Assembly: GCA_000830275.1 (NCBI GenBank)
Contig: CP010424.1
Span: forward strand, 720,001 to 752,000
DNA length: 32,000 nucleotides
From: an archaeon GW2011_AR10
GTDB taxonomy: Archaea > Iainarchaeota > Iainarchaeia > Iainarchaeales > GW2011-AR10
Reading direction: 5' to 3'
The notes beneath the pieces are model-generated. The model ran no database searches. It was not told the origin of the DNA and saw nothing but the letters and a program-made list of their open reading frames with translations. The stretch's first letter is position 1; each line of letters starts with the position of its first letter. The position numbers and the translations under genes are program-made. Of the stretch, positions 14,948-22,808 are shown one piece after another.

Positions 14948-15328
14948 TTACCAGTGCCCCAAAAAACCAAGAGCTTTTTGGATTCCTTCCCTTTTTTGAG
15001 GGTTCCTTTCTTTAGAAAGCTGTTTTTTAAGCTGGGCCTCAGCTTCCCGTGCAATTCTTGAGAGCTCTTGCTTTGCAAGGGATTCAGGCTTTCCAACTCG
15101 GTGAAGAGCAGAAGAAAACGTTCTCCTAAAGCCCTTAGGAAAAATAGCATCACGCGGGATAACAAATCTGGCTACTGGAGCTCCTGTTGCAACCGCAAGC
15201 GCCCTGCTGAACCCTGCCACAAAAGATGGCCTTCCAGCAGAAGGCATTGCCGCCCTTTCCTTTTTAGGTTTCCCAGCAACAGAAACTGCAGGCTTTTTGC
15301 CACGCCTCAAAACAGAACTCGCAGCCAT
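14948..15328 (-). CDS. Hypothetical basic Ala/Pro/Lys-rich protein (126 aa)
   Basis: This is the most protein-like of three overlapping ORFs here. It lies directly downstream of the HTH_10 gene on the same strand. I prefer the ATG at 15328 (MAASSVLRRGKKP...). No motif. Confidence 0.4.
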   Translation of the reverse strand: MAASSVLRRGKKPAVSVAGKPKKERAAMPSAGRPSFVAGFSRALAVATGAPVARFVIPRDAIFPKGFRRTFSSALHRVGKPESLAKQELSRIAREAEAQLKKQLSKERNPQKREGIQKALGFLGHW

Positions 15329-15436
15329 AATAAACTTCCTAAAAGAATAAAGGCTAACCATAATTTAATTGTTTTTGTGGCGTTCTAAGAAAGGGGTTTC
15401 TAAAATTAGGCCGGAATTTCATTTTCTCAGAATCGG

Positions 15437-16105
15437 TTATGCCCCTACTTCTTTGTTCAAAAGCTTTGGCAGCACTTTTGCCTCAGCTTTCCTCAAATTT
15501 TCCTGGAAAGCCCGCCTAGTGAAGCCAGAGCTTGCCGCAAGCTCTTCTAAAGTGGCTTTTCTCGGCCAAGAGTAGTAGCCGTTCTGCCTTGCAACTCTTA
15601 AAGCAAGGAACTGCTTTTCAGTTAAATTGAAGGGATTCTCTTCCTCAGTTGGTTTTGCAATCTTTAACACTTTAACTTCTCCAAGAATCTCGAGTTCGTT
15701 TAAAAGCTTTTTAATTGAATTTGGATTCTTTGTTAGAACTTGGTGCTTTTCGTATGCGTTCTCTTGAACTACTGGCCCAACGTAAAGTGAATTGCTGTTA
15801 ATAACAGCATCATAACTTGAGCCGTTGCTTTCAAACAAGGAAGCAGCAAAAGCAGTTGTATTTGTTCTGCTAAAAACACGGTACTTTTTCATTGTTGGAT
15901 GGTTTTTTACAAAAGAAAAATAATCATCCAATGTTTTTTTGTCTGGAGCCTTAATATTCCATGCGCTGAAAACTCTTGCAATGCCATTCTCTTTTTTCCA
16001 GACAGTAATAGGGCCGATGACAGTTGCTAATACTTCCGGAAAAGCCTTTGCCGAAGCGCTCCCCCAGCAACCGTGATGGAATACTCCAACTGTGAGTTCC
16101 TTCAT
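15437..16105 (-). CDS. HTH_10 (bacterio-opsin activator-type HTH) transcriptional regulator
   Basis: The C-terminal LTEKQFLALRVARQNGYYSWPRKATLEELAASSGFTRRAFQENLRKAEAKVL matches the HTH_10 signature (LT.rQ...L..A...GYf..PR...l.eLA..lg.s.....e.LR.Ae.k). Start assigned to MKELTVGV. Confidence 0.75.
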   Translation of the reverse strand: MKELTVGVFHHGCWGSASAKAFPEVLATVIGPITVWKKENGIARVFSAWNIKAPDKKTLDDYFSFVKNHPTMKKYRVFSRTNTTAFAASLFESNGSSYDAVINSNSLYVGPVVQENAYEKHQVLTKNPNSIKKLLNELEILGEVKVLKIAKPTEEENPFNLTEKQFLALRVARQNGYYSWPRKATLEELAASSGFTRRAFQENLRKAEAKVLPKLLNKEVGA

Positions 16106-16230
16106 AATATTATTGCAGCAGACCACATATATAAATGTTAACTTTACTCGGTTAATTCGTTAATAAACGAATTTACTGCATTGACATATGTCACTAAACC
16201 GCCTAAAAGCACCTGAAACAAGTTCTTTGT

Positions 16231-16407
16231 ATGGGCACAATAAGAAACTCTGTTCACGCGGTTTTGATTGTTGCTGGAATGCTCGCAATGGCAGTGTTCT
16301 TCAAGTCCATTGGAATTGAGATGTTTCTTGACAGCACTTTCTCAAGAATCGGCATAGTGGTTTCATTGATTCTTGCTTTCTTCGAGGTAACTTACAGCAG
16401 GATGTAG
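16231..16407 (+). CDS. Possible 58-aa two-TM membrane peptide
   Basis: ATG ORF below the track cutoff: MGTIRNSVHAVLIVAGMLAMAVFFKSIGIEMFLDSTFSRIGIVVSLILAFFEVTYSRM*. It ends 4 nt before the next membrane gene. Confidence 0.35.
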   Translation: MGTIRNSVHAVLIVAGMLAMAVFFKSIGIEMFLDSTFSRIGIVVSLILAFFEVTYSRM

Positions 16408-16411
16408 AAAA

Positions 16412-16774
16412 ATGAGCGCATTCTTCGCTTTTTTGGGGCAGCTGGCATCACTTAACTTTTCCTGGATAATTTCATTCATTTTGGGAAACCTTTTCTGGGT
16501 AATGATTTTTTCATGCGCTGTTTACTTTCTTTTCGGGGAAAGACTGTTCCTAATCGCATTTCCTGTTTTTGTTTTCGCAATGTGGTTGTGGTCAGACTTT
16601 GAGGTTCTGACAGGAGTCGGGTTGTTTGGGGCGCAGGTTCTGCTCATCTATTACATTTCAAAGATAGCACTGCTCGCATTAACCGAGAACATCCCGCAGC
16701 TCAAGCCCCATTTTATTGTGGTCAGCAGCATAACAGGAGTAATAGCAATCATCGCCGCAAATCTTATGGCCTAA
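16412..16774 (+). CDS. Small integral membrane protein (120 aa, about 4 TM)
   Basis: Hydrophobic ORF packed tightly within a co-directional cluster. No family motif. Confidence 0.6.
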   Translation: MSAFFAFLGQLASLNFSWIISFILGNLFWVMIFSCAVYFLFGERLFLIAFPVFVFAMWLWSDFEVLTGVGLFGAQVLLIYYISKIALLALTENIPQLKPHFIVVSSITGVIAIIAANLMA

Positions 16775-16877
16775 CTGCGTGTTTGACTGGAAACAGAACC
16801 GTTTTCCAGCACTCTCAGCTCTCCAGCACCCCCAAAAAGCTTTTATTCTAAAAATGCATTTTCTTAATGGTTTTTGT

Positions 16878-17354
16878 ATGGCCAACCCTTTGATTGGACT
16901 GCACGCTTTTCTTGGGGAGTTTGGGGTAATTGCTTTCCTTTGGGTTTTCGTAGAGCTTCTTTCCCCGACAGAAGCCAGGTTGAAGAGAGCAAAAATTGCT
17001 TCAATGATTGGGGTTTTCCTGCTTTTTGCGAGCTGGCTTGTTGGCGGCTACTATTACGTGAATGTTTACGGGAGCGAGGTTAAACCATTAATCAAGGCCG
17101 GCCCTGAGCCATGGGCGCACGCAATTTTCACTGAAACCAAAGAGCACGTGTTCATGTTTTTGCCGTTTCTTGGAGTGCTAATTCTGGGGCTGGTTTCGGT
17201 TTACGGTAACAGGTTGCTGCAGGACACAAAAGCAAGAAATGCTGTACTGCTACTGGCAATTGTTGTTGTGGTCATAGGGTTCTCGATGGCTGGCATGGGT
17301 TACCTCATTTCAAGCGGTGCAAGAGCGGCTCTTGAAGCGGGGGCCACACCATGA
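16878..17354 (+). CDS. Integral membrane protein (about 158 aa; start uncertain, alternatives at 16779 GTG and 16854 ATG)
   Basis: About 4 TM segments and a loop KAGPEPWAHAIFTETKEHVF. The TATA-like cttttattctaaaa at about 16838-16851 favours a near-leaderless ATG at 16878. Confidence 0.6.
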   Translation: MANPLIGLHAFLGEFGVIAFLWVFVELLSPTEARLKRAKIASMIGVFLLFASWLVGGYYYVNVYGSEVKPLIKAGPEPWAHAIFTETKEHVFMFLPFLGVLILGLVSVYGNRLLQDTKARNAVLLLAIVVVVIGFSMAGMGYLISSGARAALEAGATP

Positions 17355-17668
17355 TTGAAAAAACGGATTTGAAAGCGCTTTCAGTTTCAACTATTGCAGC
17401 GATTATTTCAATAACTTTGATGACTATTGGCGGGGAACTCTCAGAGAGCTTCAAGTCATTCCTTGTTTCAATTGCAGGCCACCACTGGATAGCAAAGGGC
17501 ATTATTGCTATTGCATTATTCGCTGTTACATACCTCGCGTTAAGCAAGCTGAAAACAAGGGCAAAAAAAGGGTTTGAAGCCCAGAAATGGGGGTTTAGGG
17601 TTGCTGTAACTGCGCTTGCCTCCGGAGCGCTGATTTTTCTTTTCTATGCTTGGGAGTTTCTCTATTGA
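17351..17668 (+). CDS. Small integral membrane protein (105 aa, about 3 TM)
   Basis: Its ATG overlaps the upstream stop (ATGA at 17351-17354). The sequence is hydrophobic and contains an AGHHWIAKG loop. Confidence 0.6.
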   Translation: MIEKTDLKALSVSTIAAIISITLMTIGGELSESFKSFLVSIAGHHWIAKGIIAIALFAVTYLALSKLKTRAKKGFEAQKWGFRVAVTALASGALIFLFYAWEFLY

Positions 17669-17834
17669 AAAAGTTTAGGGCAGGAGAGCAGTTAACCTTG
17701 CGGACAAAAGGACTATTCCCCCATGCCTAAAATAAAACGCCCATTTTATGGCTCAATTTGCAAATTAATGCTTGGCAGCCAAGACCGGGAAGGAAAAGAA
17801 AAATTTATATATAACTTTTAATTAAGTTATATTA

Positions 17835-18230
17835 ATGCCTTTAGAGTTTATTGTTTCATCCGCCAAAAAAAACCCGCTGCCCAGAGTGCAGGATTTTCGT
17901 TTCAAGAATGCTCCTTCATACCCTGGAAAAATTGGGGCTTCTCAGCCACAGCAGATACAGGAAGAAGAGGAAGTTTCTAAAGACACAAATGTTTACGTTA
18001 ACGGTGAAGATGTTTCTTCAGCACAGAGGAAGCTGAGGGGGCGAAGCACTTCAATCAACTCAATTGCAACTGAGATTGAATCTGTTGCCCAAGTTAAAAA
18101 CGTGCCATTCAGAGATATTTCATGGGAAAAGTGCAAGTGCCTGAAGCAGGAAGGGAACAGGCTTTTCTGCACCAAGTTCACGTGCCTGTGCGTTAAAAAC
18201 AAGTGCCCGAAAAACATCATCGAGTGCTGA
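17835..18230 (+). CDS. Hypothetical protein with a C-terminal Cys cluster
   Basis: A TATA-like box (aaaaatttatatataac) lies about 25-30 nt upstream. The C-terminus is CKCLKQEGNRLFCTKFTCLCVKNKCPKNIIEC (8 Cys in 32 aa). No family recognised. Confidence 0.5.
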   Translation: MPLEFIVSSAKKNPLPRVQDFRFKNAPSYPGKIGASQPQQIQEEEEVSKDTNVYVNGEDVSSAQRKLRGRSTSINSIATEIESVAQVKNVPFRDISWEKCKCLKQEGNRLFCTKFTCLCVKNKCPKNIIEC

Positions 18231-18288
18231 AACAGACGCCCTAGCTAATTCTTTAAAAAACTTTACAAGCAAAGGTTCCTAGGAGTTT

Positions 18289-18352
18289 GCCCTGGTAGTC
18301 TAATAGCCTTTTAGAAAAAGGCTAGCGAAAAAATAGAAAAGTAGACTACCGG
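18289..18352 (+). repeat. Duplicate of the first 14 nt of tRNA-Asp, folded back on its own complement
   Basis: GCCCTGGTAGTCTA at 18289-18302 is identical to tRNA-Asp 18363-18376. TAGACTACCGG at 18342-18352 is its inverted complement, giving 11 bp with one bulge. An inner perfect hairpin TAGCCTTTT-aga-AAAAGGCTA lies at 18304-18324. Confidence 0.7.
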
Positions 18353-18362
18353 CAAAAATGAT

Positions 18363-18497
18363 GCCCTGGTAGTCTAGCGGTTAGGATTCACCCCTGTCAT
18401 GGCCCTGTTCTTCTCGAAAGAAAGGCCTTGGGAAAAATAAGCCTGAGGAAAGGGCTACTGAACGGGTGAGACTCGGGTTCGAGTCCCGGCCAGGGCG
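18363..18497 (+). tRNA. tRNA-Asp (anticodon GUC) with a 63-nt intron (18400-18462) at position 37/38
   Basis: - Acceptor: GCCCUGG/CCAGGGC, with discriminator G.
- D loop: AGCGGUUA.
- Anticodon stem: CACCC (18389-18393) pairs with GGGUG (18464-18468).
- Anticodon loop: CUGUCA|C.
- T arm: UCGGG-UUCGAGU-CCCGG.
- The intron forms helix GGCCCU/AGGGCU next to a relaxed bulge-helix-bulge whose central helix has one U-U mismatch.
- No CCA is encoded. Confidence 0.9.
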
Positions 18498-18645
18498 CTA
18501 GCTTAAACTGTCTTTAATTTGCCTTTTATAAAAAAAGGCGCGTTTAACTGTTTTCTCCTGTTGCAGGGCTCTGTTGAAAAAGTAGTTTCATAAGCCACCT
18601 CGACAGGAAAAGCTTTTTTATAAGAATCAATATTTTTATAGTGGC

Positions 18646-18990
18646 ATGCCTGCATCAGGAAAAGGAATTCATCACTTTCACATCAGGAAAAGAGTGCATG
18701 AGAATCTGGAGCCATACCCTCATCCTGAAAAATGGAAGAGGCGAATGGACAAAGCAATTTATGCTGTGGGAATTGCTGGGCCGCTGCTGGCAATACCGCA
18801 GGCGTTAGAGGTTTGGGTTGAAAAAAACGTTGCAGGCATTTCCCTAATCACTTGGGTTGGGTGGCTGTTTCTCGCATTTTTCTGGATCTCTTACGGAGTA
18901 ATGCATAAGGAGAAACCGATAATCATTACCTATTCTGCTTGGGTGCTGATTAACTTGTTTATAATTGCCGGCGTGATTGTTTACTCTTAG
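18646..18990 (+). CDS. SemiSWEET / PQ-loop family small transporter-like protein
   Basis: The roughly 80-aa C-terminal portion has three TM helices, with the PQ motif in TM1 (LLAIPQALEVW) and ISLITWVGWLF..ISYG afterwards. A roughly 35-aa basic, His-rich N-terminal extension precedes it. Confidence 0.6.
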   Translation: MPASGKGIHHFHIRKRVHENLEPYPHPEKWKRRMDKAIYAVGIAGPLLAIPQALEVWVEKNVAGISLITWVGWLFLAFFWISYGVMHKEKPIIITYSAWVLINLFIIAGVIVYS

Positions 18991-19127
18991 GCCACACTAA
19001 AAACTTAATTAATTGTTTTGAGTTTATTAAGAGTGTTGAATACTTATTAACTTAATTAGTGCCTCAACAGGGGTTAGATAAAGGCATTCAACAACTTGCA
19101 TTCAACAGACGTATTAGGTGAGAGAAC

Positions 19128-20639
19128 ATGAAAAAAGACTTAGAGTTTGTTTTGCAGCAGCAGAAGGAAATAATGCTTCTTGCCGGCACCGGAGCACTGC
19201 TTGAATGGGATAGGGAAACCTACATGCCAAAGCAGGGCATAATGAACAGGGCGGAACAGGCTGCGATTGTTTCAAGGCTGGTGCACGAAAAGGTTGTTTC
19301 AGAAAAGTTTTATGGAGCGCTCAAGAGGCTGGTGAAGCCAAGAACGTTAAGGAAACTCAGCGCAATGCACCAGTTCATTGTAAAGCGCGCGTTCAAGGAT
19401 GTCAGGAAAGCAAGGAAGCTTCCGCCAGAGTTTGTTGCAGAAATGGCGAGAACAACTGCTTTAGCCAACCACGCATGGGTTGAAGCAAAGCAGAAAAACA
19501 GGTTCAGGCTGTTTGCACCTCACCTAAAAAAAATAGTGGAATTGAAGAGAAGGCAGGCCAAGCTAATTGGGCTGGAGGGGCACCCTTACAACAGTTTGCT
19601 TGACGGCTTTGAAGAGGGAATGACAGTAGAAAAGCTGCGGAAAACATTCAGTTACCTCAAAGCAGAGCTTCTGAAGCTGCTGGAAGAAATCAAGCAGTCA
19701 AAGAAGTTCAGGGAGCAGGGAAAAAAACTTTTCAGGAAAAAGTTTCCGGTTGAAAAGCAGAAAAAATTGTGCAGACTTGCTTACGGCTTAATTCTTCCTG
19801 CTGCGGAGTCAAGGCTGGATGTTTCAGCGCATCCTTTCACCACAACAATTGGCAGACATGATGTAAGGATTACCACGCGCTACCACGAGGAAAACCCTTT
19901 CTTTTCGCTTTCCGCAACAGTGCACGAATCAGGGCACGCATTATACGAGCTGCAGCTGCCAAAGCAGTTCGAGCACACATTCATATTCGATGCGCCGTCA
20001 CTAGGCGTTCACGAGAGCCAGTCATTGTTCTGGGAGAACATGGTGTTAATGAATGAGGGTTTCTGGGATTACTTTTACCAAAGATTCTGCAAAGAAGTTA
20101 GGGAAGAGCTTAAAGGTTTAAGCAGGAAAGAGGTGCTGGAAAAACTGAACGAGGTGAAGCCTTCCTTCATCAGGGTTGATGCGGATGAAGTAACTTATCC
20201 TCTTCACGTCATTCTGCGCTTTGAGTTGGAGCTAGGGTTAATTGAAGGAAAAATCAAGGTGAACGATTTGCCGAAATTATGGAACAGGAAAATGAAGCAG
20301 TATCTGGGCATCACTCCGGGAAAGGATTCTGAGGGAGTGCTGCAGGACACCCACTGGAGTATTGGCCACATAGGCTATTTTCCGACTTACGCGCTTGGGG
20401 CAATTTATGCTGTGCAACTCTACAAGCGCCTGCTGAAGGAAATGCCTTCCGCGAGAAAGCAGATAGCAAACGGGAACTTTGAACCGGTTAAGGGGTGGCT
20501 CCACAAGAAAGTTCACTGCCATGGCAGGAAGTTCACGGCAGAAGAAATAATATGGAAAGCCACTGGCAAGAACCTTGACTCTGAAGGATTTGTTTCTTAC
20601 CTGCGGGAAAAGTACTCAAAAATTTACGGGTTAAAATGA
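19128..20639 (+). CDS. M32 carboxypeptidase (carboxypeptidase Taq family)
   Basis: The HESGHALYE zinc motif (HExxH) is present, together with HPFTTTIGRHDVRITTRY, GVHESQS and IRVDADEVTYPLHVILRFELE. These are the characteristic M32 blocks. Confidence 0.92.
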   Translation: MKKDLEFVLQQQKEIMLLAGTGALLEWDRETYMPKQGIMNRAEQAAIVSRLVHEKVVSEKFYGALKRLVKPRTLRKLSAMHQFIVKRAFKDVRKARKLPPEFVAEMARTTALANHAWVEAKQKNRFRLFAPHLKKIVELKRRQAKLIGLEGHPYNSLLDGFEEGMTVEKLRKTFSYLKAELLKLLEEIKQSKKFREQGKKLFRKKFPVEKQKKLCRLAYGLILPAAESRLDVSAHPFTTTIGRHDVRITTRYHEENPFFSLSATVHESGHALYELQLPKQFEHTFIFDAPSLGVHESQSLFWENMVLMNEGFWDYFYQRFCKEVREELKGLSRKEVLEKLNEVKPSFIRVDADEVTYPLHVILRFELELGLIEGKIKVNDLPKLWNRKMKQYLGITPGKDSEGVLQDTHWSIGHIGYFPTYALGAIYAVQLYKRLLKEMPSARKQIANGNFEPVKGWLHKKVHCHGRKFTAEEIIWKATGKNLDSEGFVSYLREKYSKIYGLK

Positions 20640-20799
20640 CGTCCTCCCATGCCTAAAGGCGCAGCCTCTTTTTCGCAAACCTCCTTGTAAAACCTTTGGT
20701 TTTGCGAGGCCCGCAAAATCTATGATTTTGCTTGGGTTTTCTAAAAGGCTTAAGGCAGGGTTATCCCAACATTTAATGGACGTCATGAACCCGTCAACG

Positions 20800-20854
20800 C
20801 AACACTTTGTCAAAAAGAAAACAGGTGTTTTTATTTCACTTTGACAAAGTGTTG
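20800..20854. promoter_or_regulatory. Perfect 15-bp inverted repeat (CAACACTTTGTCAAA ... TTTGACAAAGTGTTG) with a 25-nt spacer, upstream of the iron permease gene
   Basis: The arms at 20800-20814 and 20840-20854 are exact reverse complements. An 8-bp hairpin plus T4 follows at 20877-20904. It lies 160-210 nt upstream of the FTR1 start. Confidence 0.4.
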
Positions 20855-21011
20855 AAAAGATACCGGGGCATACAAACCTCGGCTTAAAAGCTGAGGTATC
20901 TTTTGGGTTGAATAAAGTTTTACGGTTTTAGTTGAACAGAAAAGAAGCGCGTTTTTAAGATTAACTGCACACAACTATTGCGTGAAAACAATTTCACATA
21001 TGGTGCATTGA

Positions 21012-21866
21012 ATGGCTGCTGAGCTTTCAGGGTTCCTTCCAAGTTTTATAATCACTTTCCGTGAAACGCTTGAAGCAGCGCTGGTAATAGGAGTAGTACT
21101 CGCTTTTCTTTTCAAGACAAGGCAGGCCTCATACAGCAAATTTGTTTACTGGGGTGCAGGCTTTGGAATAATTGGGAGCATTGCAGCAGCATTTCTTTTC
21201 AATGCATTGGTTGGAGGCTTTGAGGGAACCGCAGAGGAACTGTTTGAAGGAACACTGATGCTTGTTGGGGCAGCACTTGTAAGCTGGATGATTCTGTGGA
21301 TGATGCAGCAGCGCAACATTGCCAAAAAAATTGAGGAACAAGTGGAGCACAACATAATGCAGCACAACGCACTTGCAATCACGCTTCTTGTTTTTGTTTC
21401 AGTGCTAAGAGAGGGAGTTGAAACTGTTATCTTTCTTGGGGCGCTTGGATTGCGGGAAGGAGCTAGTGTTTCAACTGCGGGAGCAGCAATAGGCATAATT
21501 GTTGCTTTGCTGTTTGGCTATGCTTTGTTCAGGCACTTCATTTCAATAAGATTGAAAACCGTTTTCACTTACACGAGCATTCTGCTTATTTTGTTTGCTG
21601 CAGGCCTCGTTGCACACGGCATTCACGAGCTGGAGGAAGCCGGGGTTGTGCCTGTATTGGTTGAGCACGTGTGGGATATTAACCCGGAAGTGAACCCTGA
21701 TGGAAGCTATCCTCTGCTGCACGAAAACGGCTTGATTGGGAGCATTGCAAAAGGCCTGTTTGGCTACAATGGAAACCCAAGCCTTTTGGAAGTGATTGGA
21801 TACATGGCATACCTTGTGCTAATGTATTTCTTGTGGAAAAAGTATTCAGCAAACAGTAACAAGTGA
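21012..21866 (+). CDS. FTR1/EfeU-family high-affinity iron permease
   Basis: Two REXXE motifs sit in TM helices: FRETLEAALV and LREGVETVIFL. About 7 TM segments. GGTG lies 8 nt upstream of the ATG. Confidence 0.88.
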   Translation: MAAELSGFLPSFIITFRETLEAALVIGVVLAFLFKTRQASYSKFVYWGAGFGIIGSIAAAFLFNALVGGFEGTAEELFEGTLMLVGAALVSWMILWMMQQRNIAKKIEEQVEHNIMQHNALAITLLVFVSVLREGVETVIFLGALGLREGASVSTAGAAIGIIVALLFGYALFRHFISIRLKTVFTYTSILLILFAAGLVAHGIHELEEAGVVPVLVEHVWDINPEVNPDGSYPLLHENGLIGSIAKGLFGYNGNPSLLEVIGYMAYLVLMYFLWKKYSANSNK

Positions 21867-21928
21867 GCTGTTTACCCTGACTTGCAGGGACTGCAATCTA
21901 ATTGCTTCGTGATTTGAAAACCCGGCGC

Positions 21929-22183
21929 TTATGCAGACAGCTTGAATACTTCGGAGTTTTCTTTGACTGGCTGCTTTACTTTGAGGCCTATTGCTTGGCC
22001 TTTCTTTGCTGTTTTGATTTTTTCGTGCTCTATCTGCATACTGGAAATGGTCTGCTCAAAGCCTTCCTCACCTTTCTCAATCCGGATTTCGTCTCCTTCC
22101 TTGAGGGCTGCCGAGAGCTCCAAAACCGCAACTCCTGCTTTGTCGTAGTAGTGAGTTATTTTGCCAACACGTGTTTTTTTCAT
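21929..22183 (-). CDS. Small EF-Tu domain-2-like beta-barrel protein ('translation elongation factor-like protein')
   Basis: KITHYYDKAGVAVLEL...EGDEIRI......FEQTISSMQIEHEKIKTAKKGQAIGLKV matches the pattern of stand-alone GTP_EFTU_D2-like proteins. Confidence 0.65.
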   Translation of the reverse strand: MKKTRVGKITHYYDKAGVAVLELSAALKEGDEIRIEKGEEGFEQTISSMQIEHEKIKTAKKGQAIGLKVKQPVKENSEVFKLSA

Positions 22184-22274
22184 TAAACCACCGAAAAATA
22201 TGAGGAGAAAGTTAATTTATTTTTAACCCAAACCAAGTGCAAGAATTAAATAGGCTTAAAGCAATTAATAGTTT

Positions 22275-22754
22275 ATGCCCAAGCAGAGGGGAATTCGTCC
22301 TGTAAGGCGCCCGCTTGACCTATTCACAAAAAACCGGCTTAACAACTCAATTCAAAGGAGCGCTGAAAGGCAGCTTAAAGTTGCTTTAATGGTGGATGAA
22401 CTGAGAGAGCTTACGAGAAAACTGAAAAAGAAGCCAAAGCGCTGGATGCCCACAGAAAGGTTCAGGGAATTTGGCAGGGCAGAGAAAAGGGTTTCTGCAA
22501 TAAGGAAAGAGTTCATGGAAAGATGGTTTAATAAAGCTGAAATTGAAAGGGCGCTAAATTCAAAAACTTCTGCCAAGGAACGGTTTTTTGGCCAGCTAAA
22601 ATCGGATCTCGAATCTATTGCAGCTTCTTCTCCGGCATGGCAAACCGAAATAGATAGAATAAAGAATGAAGTCATGCAATGGAACTTTGTCAAAACAAAG
22701 GAAGACGTTTTGTTTCACACCGTGATTGAAGTCAGGAAAAAGTTGGGAAAATAA
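22275..22754 (+). CDS. Hypothetical basic protein (159 aa)
   Basis: ATG ORF divergent from the previous gene, with an A/T box (attaaatagg) upstream. No motif. Confidence 0.5.
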   Translation: MPKQRGIRPVRRPLDLFTKNRLNNSIQRSAERQLKVALMVDELRELTRKLKKKPKRWMPTERFREFGRAEKRVSAIRKEFMERWFNKAEIERALNSKTSAKERFFGQLKSDLESIAASSPAWQTEIDRIKNEVMQWNFVKTKEDVLFHTVIEVRKKLGK

Positions 22755-22808
22755 TTATAAAGGAATTAAAACACTTGATTGTTTGGTAAACCCTGTTTTG
22801 GTGCTGCA

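Noticed and set aside
14845-15388. Competing ORFs 14845-15165 (-) and 15068-15388 (+), which overlap the 14948-15328 (-) call.
   Set aside because: 14845-15165 overlaps the antiporter 3' end. The + strand ORF is an Arg/Ser/Cys-rich antisense-type translation. Only the minus ORF in operon position behind the HTH gene was kept, and at low confidence.
17720-17731. 12-mer CCCATGCCTAAA shared with 20646-20657, downstream of two + strand genes. I also noticed AGCCCTATTTGC at 10394-10405 and 11225-11236, the 13-mer GCACTTTCTCTCC inside the deaminase CDS (29575-29587), and the 9-bp inverted pair ATGACGTCC/GGACGTCAT (20636-20644 and 20779-20787).
   Set aside because: With about 5x10^8 position pairs in 32 kb, tens of exact 12-mer repeats and several 13-mer repeats are expected by chance. 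No extended similarity surrounds them, so I do not treat them as elements.
18400-18462. Possible C/D-box sRNA inside the tRNA-Asp intron (two CUGA motifs at 18443-18446 and 18458-18461).
   Set aside because: There is no RUGAUGA C box or C' box at the required positions. CUGA tetramers alone are expected by chance.
20631-20813. 60-aa minus-strand ORF in the carboxypeptidase-FTR1 spacer.
   Set aside because: It overlaps the end of the M32 gene and the structured inverted repeats. It has no start context and a non-protein-like composition.
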